Positions 48,527-61,454 of a stretch of DNA of 64,000 nucleotides are shown piece after piece. Source of the stretch: Mustelus asterias (Eukaryota); assembly GCF_964213995.1 (NCBI RefSeq), contig NC_135830.1:6882001-6946000 (forward strand). Reading direction: 5' to 3'. The position numbers and the translations under genes are program-made. Numbering within the stretch: the stretch's first letter is position 1; the number at the start of each line of letters is the position of its first letter. A model generated the notes under the pieces. That model did not search any database, was not told where the DNA came from, and worked only from the letters and a program-made list of their open reading frames with translations.

Positions 48527-49537
48527 TTTAAAACAAGCTGTTGTATTCACTCAATACCACGGTAAATTCAATTCGAGCTCTAACAATTTTATGACCACCT
48601 CACCAGTTCCCTGGTGATCCTCGCCGATCAACAGCGACCCTCAGTGAATTACGGTTCTGCTCAATTATTCACTGACTACTTATTTTCTACCTCACCGTTT
48701 TCACAGTGACCCAAATAACAACCGACCTGGAGTTGCACAAGCTGATTAAATCACGGGTTATTCCGTCTGGGCGGCTGGTGACAACAAACGAAAGGTCAAC
48801 AAACACCAGAATGACAGGGCAGAGGAAAACCAAGTGGTTGTATCAATGGTACTCACGCACTTGGATGGCCAATTCCTCAGTCCCGGACTCGGTGCTGCTC
48901 ACTCTAATGCCGTTTTCTGCCGTCTGCCGACCGTTGGAATCCCACTTCTGACACCAAATGATAATCTCAATTTACACTCTATCCAGCTTGGTTCGACAAC
49001 AAATTGTTTCAACTCCAGATGTTGAATCAACATCTTTATTTCACTTAGTTCATTATGTTACGACGGCGGGTCAGTCTTCCTTAATGATGCAGCCTAAAAA
49101 AGCCTGCAGCCCTCAGGGGAGACTGAACACACTTCTTTGTTTTGGTACAACACAAATACATTTTTCCAAAAAAAGCAAGCGACCCGATAGCCTACCAGCT
49201 ATAGCCCCAATATACTCATTACCAATCAGAGGATAATAATCCTTCATGCACTCCTCGTGCTGACCTTCACTGGCCAGTCACATTCTCTGCACGTATGCTG
49301 CAACACAGAACACTTGTGTGGTGATAAGTGATCGCAGCTGCATTCAGCTTATCATAGCAGGCAGTTGTTTGCAGAACAAGGCCATACCATCACATGATCT
49401 CACCCAACCGCCAGGAGCCAGGCAGTAGTTTATACTCACTTATACTATAATACTGTAAGCATTAGATTATTAATAGTTTCTACAATCAAGGAAGACATCA
49501 CTATCCAAGCATCACTACACATGTATCCACATCCACA

Positions 49538-52500
49538 AAGGTGCTCTGTTAAGTAGGGTCAGTCTGTCAGCACACAGGGATAGGGCCTGGGTAAATGTAC
49601 TCTGTTGATTAGTGGAATCAGTATGTCAGGGTACAGGGATCGGGCCTGGGTAAAGGTGCCCTGTTGATTAGTGGGGTCAGTATGTCAGGGTACAGGGATA
49701 GGGCATGGGTAAAAGTGCTCTGTTGATTAGTGGGGTCAGCATGTCAGGGTACAGGGATAGAGCGTGGTAAAATATGCTCTGCTGTGTGGTGGGGTCAGTA
49801 TACCAGGGTACAGGGATAGGGCCTGCAGAAAGGTGCTCCATTGATTTGTGGGGTCAGTATTTCAGGATATAGGGATTGGGCCTGGGTAAAGATGCTCTGT
49901 TTATTAGTGGGTCAGTATGTCAGGGCACAGGGATCGGACCTCGGAAAAGGTGCTCTGTTGAATTGTGGGGTCAGTATGTCAGGGGACAGGGATAGGGCCC
50001 GGGTAAAGGCGCTCTGTTGATTAATGGGGTCAGAATGCCAGTGTACAGGGTTAGGGCCTGGGGAAAGTTGCTCTGTTGATTTGTGGGTCATTATGTCAGG
50101 GTATAGGGATTGGGCCTGAGTAAAGATGCTCTGTTTATTAGTGGGGTCAGTATGTCAGGGTACAGGGATAGGACATGGGAAAAGGTGCTCTTTTGGTTCT
50201 TGAGGTCATTATGTCAGGGGACAGGGATAGGGCCTGGGGAATGTTGCTCTGATTAGTGGGGTCAGTATATCAGGGTACAGGGATAGGGCTTGGGTGAAGG
50301 TACTCTGTTGATTAGTTGGGTCAGTGTGTCAGGGTACAGGGATAGGGCGTGGGGAATGTTGCTCTGATTAGTGGGGTCAGTATGTCAGGGTACAGAGATA
50401 GGGCCTGCGTAAAGGTGCTCTGTTGATTAGTGAGGTCAGTATGTCAGGGGACAGGGATCGGGCCTGGGGAATGTTGCTCTGATTAGTGGGGTCGGTTTGT
50501 CAGGACACAGGGATAGGGCCTGGGTTAAGGTACTCTGTTGATTAGTGGGGTCAGTATGTCACGGTATAGGGATAGGGTCTGGGTAAAGGTGCTCTGTTAA
50601 TTAGTGGGGTCAGTATGTCAGGCTACAGGGATCGGGCCTGCGTAAAGGTGCTCTGTTGATTAGTGGGGTCATTATGTCAGGACACAGGGATAGGGTTTGG
50701 GCAAAAGTGCTCTGTTGATTAGTGGGGACAGTATGTCAGGTTTCACGGATCGGGCCTTGGTAAATGTGCTCTGTTGATTAATAGACTCAGTTTGTCAGGG
50801 TACAGGGATAGGTCCTGTGTAAAGTTGCTCTGTTGATTCGTGGGGTCAGTGTGTCAGGGTCCAGGGATAGGGCCTGGGTAAAAGTGCTCTGTTGGTTCGT
50901 GGGGTCAGTGTGTGAGAGCACAGGGATACGGCCTGGGGAAAGGTTCTCTGTTGATTATTGGGGTCAGTATTCAAGGGTACAGGGATAGGGCCTGCGTAAA
51001 GGTACTCTGCTGGTGGGTGGAGTCAGTATGTCAGGGGACAGGGATAGGACCTGGGAAAAGGTGCTCTGTTCGTTCGTGAGGTCAGTATGTCAGGGCACAC
51101 GGATAGAGCCTGGGTGAAGGCGCGCTGTTGATTAGTGGGGTCAGTATGTCAGGGTACAGGGATAGGTCCTGGGGAATATTGCTCTGATTCGTGGGATCAG
51201 TATGACAGGGAAAAGGTATAGGGCCTGGGTAAAGGTGCTCTGTTGACTAGTGGGTTGCATATGTCAGGGCACAGGGATAGGGCCTGGGGAATGTTGCTCT
51301 GATAAGTGGGGTCAGTATGTCAGGGTACAGGGATCGGGCCTGGGTGAAGGTGCTCTGTTGATTAGAGGGGTCAGTATGTCAGGGTACAGAGATAAGGCCG
51401 GGGTAAAGGTGCTCTGTTTATAAGTGGGGTCAGTATGTCAGGGTACAAGGATCGGGCCTGGATAAAGGTGCTCTGTTGATTAGTGGAGTCTGTATGTCAG
51501 GGGACAGGAATGTGGCCTGCGCAGAGTTGTTCTGTTGATTTGTGGGGTCAGTATGTCAGGGTACATGGATAGGGCCTGGGAAAAGGTGCTCTGTTTATTA
51601 GTGGGGTCGGTCTGTCAGGGTACAGGGATAGGGCCTGGGTAAAGGTGCTCTGTTTATTAGTGGCGTCAGTATGTCAGGGTACAGGGATAGGGCCTGTGTA
51701 AAGATACTCTGCTGATTGGTGGTGTCTGTATGTCAGGGGACAGGGATAGGGCCTTGGGAATGTTGCTCTGATTAGTGCGGTCGGTGTGGCATTGTACAGG
51801 GATCGGGCCTGGGTGAAGGTTCTCTGATTAGTGGGGTCAGTATGTCAGGGTACAGGGATAGGGCCTGGGTAAAAGTGCTCTGTTGATTAGTGGCGTCAGT
51901 ATGTTAAGGTTCATGTTTCGGGCCTGGGTCAAGGTGCTCGTTGATTAATAGGTTCAGTATGTCAGGGATAGGGCCTGGGGAATGTTGCTCTGACTAGTGG
52001 GGTCAGTATGTCAGGGTACCGTGATTGGGCCTGTTAAAAGTGGTCTGTTGATTAGTGGGGTCAGTATGTCAGGGTACAGGGATACGGCCTGGGAAAAGGT
52101 TTTCTGTTGATTATTGGGGTCAGTATTCAAGGGTACAGGGATAGGGCCAGCGTAAAGATACTCTGCTAATGGGTGGTGTCAGTATGTCAGGGGACAGGGA
52201 TAGGACCTGGGAAAAGGTGCTCTGTTCGTTCGTGAGGTCAGTATGTCAGGGGACAGGGATAGGGCATTGGTCAAGGTGCTCTTTTGATCAGTCACGTCAG
52301 TATGTCAGGGCACACGGATAGGGCCTGGGTAAAAGGGCTCGGTTGATTAGTGGGGTCAGTTTGTCAGGGTAAAGGGATAGGGCCTGGGTAAAGGTGTTTT
52401 ATTGATTAGTGGGTTGAGTATCTCAGGGCACAGGTACAGGGCCTGGGGAATGTTGCTCTGATTAGTGGGGTCAGTACATCAAGGTACAGGGATCGGGCCT

Positions 52501-54045
52501 GGGTAAAGGTGCTCTGTTGATTAATGGGGTCAGTATGTCAGGGCACAGGGATAGGGCCTCTGTAAAAGTGCTCTGTTTATTAGTTGGGTCAGTATGTCAG
52601 GGTACAGGAATAGGGCCTGGGTAAAGGTGCCCTGTTAATTAATGGGGTCAGTATGTCAGGGCACAGGGATAGGGTCTGTGTAAAAGTGCTCTGTTGATTA
52701 GTTGGGTCAATATGTCAGGGTACAGGACTAGGGCCTGGGGAAAGATGCCCTGATTAGTGGGGTCAGTATGTCAGGGTACAGGGAAAGAGCCTGGGTAAAG
52801 GTGCTCTGTTTATTAGTGGGGTCATTATGTCAGGGTACAGGGATCGGGCCTGGGTAATGGTGCTCTGTTGATTAGTGGTGTCTGTATGTCAGGGTACATC
52901 GATAGGGCCTGGGCAAAGTTGCTCAGTTTATTAGTGGGGTCAATATGTCAGGGGACAGGGATAGGGCCTGAGGTAAGGATCTCTGTTGAATACTGTGTTT
53001 AGTATGTCAGGGTACATACAGGGATAGGGCCCGGGTAAAGTTGCTCTGTTGATTAACGGGGTCAGAATGCCAGGGTAGAGGGATAGGGCCTGGGGAAAGG
53101 TGCTCTGTTGATTTGTGGGGTCATTATGTCAGGGTATAGGGATTGGGCCTGAGTAAAGATCCTCTGTTTATTAGTGGCATCAGGATGTCAGGGCACAGGG
53201 ATAGGGCCAGCGTAAAGATACTCTGCTGATGGGTGGTGTCAGTATGTCAGGGGACAGGGATAGGGCCTGGGAATATTGCTCTGATTAGTGGAATCAGTAG
53301 GGCATGGTACAGGGATTGGGCCTGGGTGAAGGTGTTCTGATGAGTGGGGTCTGTCCGTCACGGGACAGGGATAGGGCCTGGGGAATGTTGCTCTGATTAG
53401 TGGGGTCAGTATGTTAGGGGACAGGGATAGGGCCTGGGTACAGGTGCTCTGTGATTAGTAGGGTCAGTATGTCAGGGCACAGCGATAGGGCCTGGGCAAT
53501 GTTGCTCTGATTAGTGGGGTCTGTAAGTGAAGGTACAGTGATAGCGCCTGGGGAAAGGTGCTCTGTTGATTAGTGGGGTTAGTATGTCAGGGGACAGGGA
53601 TGGGGCCTGGGTCAAGGTTTTATGTTGATTATTGGGGTGAGTATGCCAGGGTACATGGATAGGGCCTGGGGAAATGTGCTCTGTTTATTAGTGGGGTCAG
53701 TCTGTCAGGGTACAGGGATAGGGCCTGCGTACATGTACTCTGCAGATGGGTGCTGTCAGTATGTCAGGGTACAGGGATAGGACCTGAGAAAAGGTGCTCT
53801 GTTCATTAGTGAGGTCAGTATGTCAGGGTACAGGGATAGGGCCTGGGTAAAGGTGCTCTGTTGATTAGTGGGGTCAGTATGTCAGGGTACAAGGATCGGG
53901 CCTGGGTAAATGTGCTCTGTTGATTCGTGGAGTCAGTATGTCAGGGGACAAGGATAGGGTCTGGGTAGATGTGCTCTGTTGATTAGTGGGGTCAGTATGT
54001 CAGGGTACCGGGATAAGACCTGGGTAACGGTGCTCTGTTGATTAG
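49538..54045 (+). repeat. Satellite of about 60-bp unit, roughly 75 copies (remnant continues 55315-55362)
   Basis: Consensus aaggtgctctgttgattagtggggtcagtatgtcagggtacagggatagggcctgggta. Confidence 0.97.
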
Positions 54046-55314
54046 AACATAGAACATAGAACAGTACAGCACAGAACAGGCCCTTCGGCCCACGATGTTG
54101 TGCCGAGCTTTATCTGAAACCAAGATCAAGCTATCCCACTCCCTATCATCCTGGTGTGCTCCATGTGCCTATCCAATAACCGCTTAAATGTTTCTAAAGT
54201 GTCTGACTCCACTATCACTGCAGGCAGTCCATTCCACACCCCAACCACTCTCTGCGTAAAGAACCTACCTCTGATATCCGTCCTGTATCTCCCACCACGA
54301 ACCCTATAGTTATGCCCCCTTGTAATAGCTCCATCCACCCGAGGAAATAGTCTTTGAACGTTCACTCTATCTATCCCCTTCATCATTTTATACACCTCTA
54401 TTAAGTCTCCCCTCAGCCTCCTCCGCTCCAGAGAGAATAGCCCTAGCTCCCTCAACCTTTCCTCATATGACCTACCCTCCAAACCAGGCAGCATCCTGGT
54501 AAATCTCCTCTGCACTCCTTCCAGCGCTTCCACATCCTTCCTATAGTGAGGTGACCAGAACTGCACACAATATTCCAAATGTGGTCTCACCAAGGTCCTG
54601 TACAGTTGCAGCATAACCCCACGGCTCTTAAACTCCAACCCCCTGTTAATAAAAGCTAACACACTACAGGCCTTCTTCACAGCTCTATCCACTTGAGTGG
54701 CAACCTTTAGAGATCTGTGGATATGGACCCCAAGATCTCTCTGTTCCTCCACAGTCTTCAGAACCCTACCTTTGACCCTGTAATCCACATTTAAATTTGT
54801 CCTACCAAAATGAATCACCTCACATTTATCAGGGTTAAACTCCATTTGCCATTTTTCAGCCCAGCTTTGCATCCTATCTATGTCTCTTTGCAGCCTACAA
54901 CAGCCCTCCACCTCATCCACTACTCCACCAATCTTGGTGTCATCAGCAAATTTACTGATCCACCCTTCAGCCCCCTCCTCTAAGTCATTAATAAAAATCA
55001 CAAAGAGCAGAGGACCAAGCACTGATCCCTGCGGCACACCGCTAGCAACCTGCCTCCAATCCGAAAATTTTCCATCGACCACCACCCTCTGTCTTCGGTC
55101 AGACAGCCAGTTGCCTATCCAATCGGCCAACTTTCCCTCTATCCCACACCTCCTCACTTTCATCATAAGCCGACCATGGGGGACCTTATCAAACGCCTTA
55201 CTAAAATCCATGTATATGACATCAACTGCCCTATCTTCATCAACACACTTAGTTACCTCCTCAAAAAATTCTATCAAATTTGTGAGGCACGACTTGCCCT
55301 TCACGAATCCGTGC
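54046..55314 (-). mobile_element. Young 5'-truncated CR1/HER1 LINE inserted in the satellite
   Basis: Uninterrupted 392-aa RT ORF 54126-55304; (CTATGTT)n tail; flanked by TGATTAG. Confidence 0.93.
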
Positions 55315-55869
55315 TGATTAGTGGGGTCTGGACTCAGTATGTCAGGGGATTAGTGGGGTCTGGAGCGAAAGTGATCTGAGATGACGCAACAGAAACAGAG
55401 AGGGTGACCAGCGAATTAAAAATCCCTGATATCTATTCTGGAAGTCTCATGGTCAGGATTCGACACCACGGAGTGAATAACTTCTTATCTAATTCTTCAT
55501 TAAATCAAAATACGCCTCACAGTGTCTGTTCAGGGAGAAACAACGTTGATCTTTCAGCTGGTTGAACTTGTATCAGACTGGAAAAGTCAGAGATGAAACA
55601 TCAGCAATGAACTCTGAAGAAGAATCACACGGCAGACACACGGCAGACATTTATCACAAAAGGGGCTGACACATGTCAAATTCTGCCTCTTTCAAGTCGC
55701 ATCTATCTCGTCCTTCTCCATTCAGACATTTCCACATCCGTCAGATATCACCCACCTGAAAATCCAGCCTGTTCCTCATTCCGCTGATGATGATACAGTA
55801 ACTCCGTGCTGAACCCAGCAATTGGCTCCATAGCTCAGTGGGTGGAGGAGATTGGGTGTAATGTTGGAA

Positions 55870-56420
55870 AGTGACTAGATGTTCTCTTGTTCGTAAACGA
55901 GGAAAGAGCAAAGCACGTTTGGAAATGTGAGCTGATTTATCAGTGTTGATGTTCAAAATGACTTGGGTGCTTTTGTAAAAGGAACGCGGGACATTAGCGT
56001 GCAGGTGCAGCCGATAATTAGGAAGGCAAATGGAAGTTTGGTCTTTCATGCAAGCAGATTGGAATAGAAGAATAAGAAAAAAACTTGCTACAGTTTTATG
56101 GGGTTTCACTGGGAGCACATGTGGCACAGTGTGTGCAATTTTGATATCCACATTTAAGAAAGAATATCATTGCACTGGAAACAGTGCACTAAAGGTTCAC
56201 CAGATTTAGTCTCTGGGATGAGAGAGTTCTGCTGGGCTGAGAGCGTTCTCCTGGGATGAGAGAGTTCACCTGGGCTGAGAGGTGATGTAAATTGCGTTGA
56301 AATTACCTGCAGCTAAAAAAAAGTGAGAGGATATCTCATTGAATCCTGCTGAATACGGAGACATTGTTTGCACTGGTCGGGAAATCTAAAACACGGGGCC
56401 CAGTCTCAAGATGAGCACCC
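55870..56420 (+). mobile_element. Old CR1 LINE fragment
   Basis: Degenerate DLGV..QVQ..RKANG and RFTRL coding. Confidence 0.65.
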
Positions 56421-56669
56421 CGCGGAGAACTGACACAAAAGCACTTACAGACATGACTCTTATTAGATTCTAATTCTTAACTTTCATGACATATTTGAAA
56501 TAAATATATTGATGCATGTATTATGTATGGAATTAATATTTATTACATAAATAATGTTGGTGACACCGGATAACAGTAGAGACGACAACACTTGAGAAAT
56601 ATTTTTCGTTTTGCCCAAGGTCCCAGGCACTCTGTGACAATGAGTGCTGATGGGGAAAAATAGAAAACT

Positions 56670-56743
56670 GTTAGTGGATTCGTGTCGAACCACCAACCTA
56701 TCTGTTAATAGTCGAATGCGCTGACCAATTGCGCCAGATAGAC
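56670..56743 (-). pseudogene. tRNA-Asn-like pseudogene (ATT)
   Basis: Reverse complement gtc..tctggcgcaattggtcagcgcattcgactATTaac..ggttggtggttcga. Confidence 0.6.
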
Positions 56744-57839
56744 TGGCATAAACAGTGCCGACACTATATTAGAGTGTCAGCGAGTGCTGGATCTAATATA
56801 ACGTAATTCTGTTTTGTATAAAACAAGAGTTTAGTGTTTAATTCAGCGAGACATTTCCTTTTAATTTGACCAAAATTTTGATCCAGATCTTGGAGATATC
56901 TGTGTCAGTGGAAATAATAAAACCAACCCCATTGCCACACAGATTTCATCTTGTGTCACAATCTTTACCATCAGCTCTTTGCAGCCTATTGCTCAACTTC
57001 ACCATCTGTGTTTGTTCTTGGCCTATTGCCCATACGACGTTTCCAATACGGATAGAAATCGAGAAAGCTCATTCCACTGATTCTGACAGAGCTGTTTTCG
57101 ATCAGGTTTGTTAAACGGATTCTCAAAAAGATTAAATCTTAGTGCATCGAAGCCGTGACCCTGAAAACTCAGAATTGTAACCACTTGACCATCAGAATCT
57201 CATCTTCCTGATTCTCCCAGATATTCATTACAGGAATGAGCACAGTGTCAATTACCCACAGTGACACTCTTCTTTCTGTCCTATGCACGCTATTAAGCTT
57301 TAAAATTATTTGTATTTCCACACGAGTTTCCAGCGTGACGAACGCCGAACTGTGATCAGCTGATGTTGTTCAACAGATTTACAGCAGTAAGGTTTATAAC
57401 AGGTCGATGCTCACATTGTTCTTTGAATGTAGTGAATTACAGTGAAACTTTGACAGGAGAAACCAGCCGGACAATGCAAATGTGAATTGCTGTGGGTAAT
57501 TGAGGGGATTGTGGAATGGGTCTGGTTATTCTCCCTGCTGTTTGGACTGGCACAAGTACCAGTACCGTTAAGGAAGTAATTTCAGCTTCTCTTAATTCCA
57601 GCGCTGTACGAGAGCAAAAAACGATCATTCCCTGACAGGGAATCGATCCCTCGTCAACCTGCGATAATTATTTCACCTCACTGTCGATTTCATGTTGCAG
57701 CTGACATAATCAGTGCTCTCCTGAGCTGAAGGAGGGTTGGCGTTCCAGCTCAACATGGCATTTTGTCCGACAAACATGTCTTAGATACTTTAAAAACTGT
57801 TGACGTTGAGAGATGAGGTTGGAATCCTTGCAACTATCT

Positions 57840-57910
57840 TCCTTGGTAGTCCAGTGGTTAGGTTTCAGCGCTTTGACCGCCGCAGCCCGGGTTCTTTTCC
57901 AATCAGGGAA
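57840..57910 (+). pseudogene. tRNA-Glu-body pseudogene (anticodon TTG)
   Basis: tccttggtagtccagtggttagg..cagcgctTTGaccgccgcagcccgggttc...cagggaa. Confidence 0.7.
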
Positions 57911-58854
57911 TCAAAATTGATTTCTCTGGCACGGGGCATGAATTAAGAGGAGCTGAAATAACTTCCTGATAGGACACGGGAGATTTTCAAAAACACGGAG
58001 AAAATATCCGTCCCTTTCCACAACCACGTCAATTTCCCGCATCAATTTATATTAACCTTGCCTCTGCTGGTCCCTCCTGTCAAATTAGACAACCATACAT
58101 TCTATTGCATTGAGTCTGAACCCAAATAAAGTGTTCGATCGAAAGTATTTCATGAAGATTAAATTAAATCAAAAGTTTTAACAACGAACCCACGTCCTCC
58201 AAAAAGCTGCCAGCTTGCATGAAGTGCCTTAGGCCAGTGATCAACCTTACTGACATAAACATTTGTTGACAGATCTGGATTGCCATTCAACAGAATCAAT
58301 GGAGTAGGATTGGATCACATGTCCCATTGAGCCTCCTCTACCACTGAATAAGTTCAAGGTGGGTCTATAGACTAAGTACCGATTTCCAACACGACCCAAT
58401 AGCCCTTCATTCTCTCAGAGTCTCGAGATCTCTTCATCTCATCCGTCAAATATCTCCATCGACTGAGAGTCCATAGACATCTGTCGTATGGAGTTACACA
58501 GATTCACAAGCCTTTGAGTGAAGAAATGTCTCCTCACCTCAGTCCTAAATGGCTGACGTTATCCGGAGAATGCGAACCGTTCCAGACGCTTCTGCCAGGA
58601 AACAAACAGCCTCCAGCATGTAGATAAAAACACATTACTCTGAGTGCTGAAATCTGAACCAAAAAAGGAAACTGCTGGATAAAGGCCGCAGGTCTGACAG
58701 CAACGGTGGAGCGAGAAGGGAACTACGGCTTCGCGTCTGGATGTATCTAACAATGACACTTGTCCATGAAAAACAGGTCTATTGTGTTTGTGAACTGAAG
58801 TGAGGCAGTGTGTAAACTCATGATAGTCAGCTAATTGCAGCAGCGAATGTCAGC

Positions 58855-58925
58855 TACCTTGGTCGTCGAGTGATTATGATTAAGTGTTTTCGCCGTTGCG
58901 GCCTGGAATCGAATTTCGGGCAGTT
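58855..58925 (+). pseudogene. Very degenerate tRNA-Glu remnant
   Basis: ccttggtcgtcgagtgatta..ttttcgccgttgcggcctgg..tcga. Confidence 0.4.
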
Positions 58926-60459
58926 GTATCATACTGGTTTGTACACTATCACAATAAGCTTTTTCAGCGTCTGTGGCGTGAGAGACAAACTTAATCTTCC
59001 AACTAATTGATCTTTCAGCAGAGCTCGAAAATCGGAGATAAAACAGGTGGAAAACAAACCCTTGGCTATGATCACGAGTGATTCCAGAATAAATGTGCTT
59101 TTTGTCACGTTCTAACTCTGTCCCAGTACCACTCAGGACAATAGTTCGCTTATATCATCCATGTCAATGATTCCTGCTGTTACTGAATACTCTCAGGTTA
59201 GGGCGGTCTCTATAAATATAAAGACTCTGTGTTCAAGCCGTAAACCATGTCCCCTCCCCATGTTATCTTTAGATCATTTAGTTCTCCAAGCAGTTTCACA
59301 TTGGTTTACAATCTGTGAGGATTGACATCTATGATGTTTCTGCCTGAGAACTAGCAGCCAGTTTTGTGTCCTTGAGTACTGTCCCGCAGCTAGCAGTGTA
59401 CAGGACTTTTTTGCTGAACTACGTCTTTTAACACTTTTACTGCAGATGGTTATTAGTGTGGCGACTAACCCCCTTTACGCTGTATCACTGTAACCTTTTC
59501 TCTTCTTTTCTCGTCAAGCACGGACACAATGTGTATAAAGACGGCAAAGATTAAGAAAAAATAAACTCTATGCCGTAATAGGTTTGTGTTTTCAATATTC
59601 ATAGAATCAGAGTGAAATTTGGTCAATTGTTTTGGGCAATTTAAATTTATTTTTAGCATGTTCCAGTATGTAAGATTAATGTCTGGCAGCGGAATTACGG
59701 AGTGCAAAAAAGTTTACACCCTCCCATTCTGAATGGGGTTAGTGTCTGATAACTGCACCAGATGTACAAATTACAGTTTGATAGAACACCAATTTCAATC
59801 TCCATGTGGTATCCCGCGTGCTGAATGAGGAACAAAGTTCCCGTAAAGTATTTGCTAATAAAACGGGCGAATGCACCAGCCGAACTCCTGTTGCAAGCTT
59901 GAAATGCTGGTAATATTGTTCAGTAGTCACACCTCAGCAACCGGTTCCCAAGCGCAGTTACTGAGACTCATGACGTCAAACGCATGCAGTAGCTGTGGGT
60001 CGCCAACAGTTGGGAATATTGTATCACTTCAACAGTACGACAGTGAAACAGATCTGAGGAGACTTTTTAGGGGAAATGAAAGCACTGACATCCATATCTA
60101 TGAAAGTGGAATTCAAAGGGAAATATTGTCCGAGGGTTGTGAATTCATCACTTTCATTGATAGTTGCATTCCTACTGATGGAATTGAATGTTTGCAAGTA
60201 ATGATTTCATTACATTCCATTCTCGTTGCTTTTATGAATTCACTGTTTTTATCACCAAGACTTTGGTAAATATTATTAATCATAGTTGTACAGATATGAA
60301 ACTGTCCCTCAGATTTCCACACTTCAGCCATTTTTGTTCGAAGTCCCATCTCAAATCCAGTCCAGTTCTGCCTCGATTCTGGTCGGCGTATGTTAAAAAT
60401 GTGTTTGCTTATTTGAAATTTCCACGCTCAGGACATTTAGTGCCCGAACTCATTCTGAC

Positions 60460-61200
60460 ACATAGAACAAAGAAAAGAACAAAGAAAATTATAGCACAGG
60501 AACAGGCCCTCCAAGCCCGCCCCGACCATGCTGCCTAACTTAACAAAAACCCCTCACCTTTCCGGGGACCATATCCCTCTCTTCCCATTCTATTTATGTA
60601 TTTGTCAAGACTCCCCTTAAAAGCCACTACAGTATCCACTTCCACTACCTCCCCGGCAGCGAGTTCCAGGCACCCACCACCCTCTGTGTGTAAACATCTG
60701 CCTCGTACATCTTCTTTAAATCTTGCCCCTCGCACCTTAAACCTATGCCCCCTAGTAATCGACTCTCCCACACTGGGAAAAATGCTTCTGTCTACCCACT
60801 CTGTCCATGCCTTTCATAATCTTATAGACTTCTAACGGGTCGCCCCTCAACCTCCGTCGCTCCAGTGGGAACAAACCAAGTTTCTCCCAACTCTCTTCAT
60901 AGCTAATGCCCTCCATACCAGGCAACATCCTGGTAAATCTTTTCTGTACCCTCTCCAAAGACTCCATATTCTTCTGGCAGACTGGCGACCAGAATTCAAC
61001 ACTATGTTCCAACTGCGGCCTAACTAAAGTTATATAAAGCTGCAACATTACTTGCCAATTGTTAAACTCAATGCTGAGGCCGATGAAGGCAAGCATGCCA
61101 TATGCCTTCTTGACTACCTTCTCCACCTGCGTTGCCACTTTCAGTGACCTGTGCACCCACATCCCAATGCCTACCGATACACGGAAGGGTTCTGCCATTT
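60460..61200 (-). mobile_element. CR1/HER1 LINE 3' fragment
   Basis: QVEKVVKKAYGMLAFI..LVRPQLE..RFTRMLPG; tail at 60460. Confidence 0.88.
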
Positions 61201-61454
61201 ACTGTAGAATCCTAGAAATTCCATGGGAGTTTTCGAATGATTTACTGGCCACTTCTTTGCATTGTTAGCAAATTGTACCAAATGCATTGTCGAAAAGAAG
61301 AGAACAATATTTCCATTCTGAAAACCCTGCCTTCAAATCGTATTTGCTGAATTATAATCGGACATAAACGTTCAATTGGAAAACCTTATCGGTATAATAT
61401 TAGAGGCAGAAATAATCAACTTAAATTTTCCAAGTGTAAAGTCATCAGGAGTCT

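Larger units (their letters stand above)
44668..49537 (-). mobile_element. Endogenous retrovirus with large internal deletion (partial gag, RNase H end, integrase, env)
   Basis: TG..CA LTRs 48959-49537 (5') and 44668-45222 (3'); PBS TGGTGTCAGAAGTGGGAT (tRNA-Leu type) 48956-48939; PPT AAAAGTGGGGAA 45234-45223. Confidence 0.93.

Noticed and set aside
49538-54045. CRISPR-like regular array
   Set aside because: Whole unit repeats with no unique spacers, no cas genes, eukaryotic context; it is a satellite
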